From Glycera tridactyla (taxonomy: Eukaryota), in contig OZ286462.1 in assembly GCA_965644265.1 (NCBI GenBank), positions 25,296,001-25,360,000 on the forward strand: 64,000 nt of DNA, in the 5' to 3' direction. This document shows, piece after piece, positions 63,260-64,000 of this stretch (its first letter is position 1; each line of letters opens with the position of its first letter). The position numbers and the translations under genes were made by a program. The notes beneath the pieces were generated by a model that saw nothing but the letters and a program-made list of their open reading frames with translations, was not told the DNA's origin and ran no database searches.

Positions 63260-63416
63260 ATCAGAATATCACTCGTGACTGGCATGTTGAGAGCGCACAC
63301 GCCTCGTAGCGAGTCCCGGGAAGGCACTCGTGGCCTCCGGCCACTCGTGCTTCCCCGGGGCTCGCTACTCGGCGCGGTACGCTCTCAACGTACCAGGCAC
63401 TCGGGGCATTCTTGAT
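63260..63416 (-). other. Long rod-like hairpin HP3
   Basis: Paired segments GTTGAGAGCG/CGCTCTCAAC, GTAGCGAGTCCCGGG/CCCGGGGCTCGCTAC, GTGGCC/GGCCAC plus outer stems; 3-nt loop at 63336-63338. Confidence 0.85.
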
Positions 63417-64000
63417 AGATGTATTCCACTTACGTCCTTTCCCTTCTTCATCATCAACGTCTATCAAATCCGAATATCACGGGTATGTTTCTCAAGCTGA
63501 AGTCTGTTAAATCCAAGCGGGACGGCTCCGTTTCATACACGGAGTCACCATTTCCGCAAATTCCAATGGTGAGACTCAAATGTATGGTAGGACTCAATTG
63601 TGGCTGTCATTTCAGATGACCAACATGATTTTGAAGATGAATCGCTCTCATTTTGTTCCATATGATATCCTGTGCCGATGGTCTTGCGAGATAGCATGAG
63701 AGACGGCCGCCGACTGGCCGAATAAATCGAGGTATTTGGCGTGATGGTGATGAATATGCATGCCAACTTTATCCTGACCACATTTCTATGGACCGGAGAT
63801 GTATACTAGTATTGACGAAGAGGTTTCTCATTTCCTTGCATTTAAACGACCGTGGAGAGTGCGTGATACCGCGAAAATACCCCGCCCTAACAATACAATA
63901 TAAATGTTTGGCACCTGGATTGAAATATACGCCAGAATCGCCATTGCTAGCCTCGGCGATGCGTTGTTCATTTCATCCCGACGGCGATTACACAGGTAGC

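Noticed and set aside
62799-63416. SECIS element, K-turn or canonical miRNA interpretation of HP2/HP3
   Set aside because: The GA tandems are not in the UGA quartet context and have no apical AAR; there is no 3-nt bulge for a K-turn; 3-nt loops and stems of about 70 bp do not fit pre-miRNA geometry.
1-64000. tRNA, rRNA or snRNA genes
   Set aside because: No complete cloverleaf or recognisable rRNA/snRNA sequence found by eye; tRNAscan-SE and Infernal would be needed to exclude them.

Overview
Eukaryotic, AT-rich, repeat-dense animal scaffold with 11 N-gaps; a bilaterian invertebrate, possibly a lophotrochozoan (inference only). 1) A 13-exon minus-strand PPME1 gene (PP2A methylesterase PME-1, about 395 aa) spans 646-14864. 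Its intron 2 is a textbook U12-type (minor spliceosome) intron, and exon 4 runs into an assembly gap. 2) A probable orphan plus-strand gene (CDS 23173-23281 + 24794-25281, 198 aa, acidic and coiled-coil-like) lies behind a promoter-like segment with CRE, CCAAT and RFX X-box-like motifs. 3) From about 26 kb onward I found no convincing host gene. That region holds decayed non-LTR retrotransposons (L2/Crack-like, CR1-like, RTE, a Penelope GIY-YIG remnant), TA-flanked MITEs, an X-box-carrying TIR element, SINE-like families with a shared 3' tail, minisatellites and microsatellites. The most unusual signal is a pair of long GC-rich hairpins at 62799-62941 and 63260-63416. They differ in sequence but share one architecture: on the minus strand each has three tandem GA/GA mismatches and a C-GNA-G triloop, motifs known to stabilise single-stranded DNA hairpins. 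All protein and repeat assignments come from motif recognition by eye; no searches or folding programs were run.
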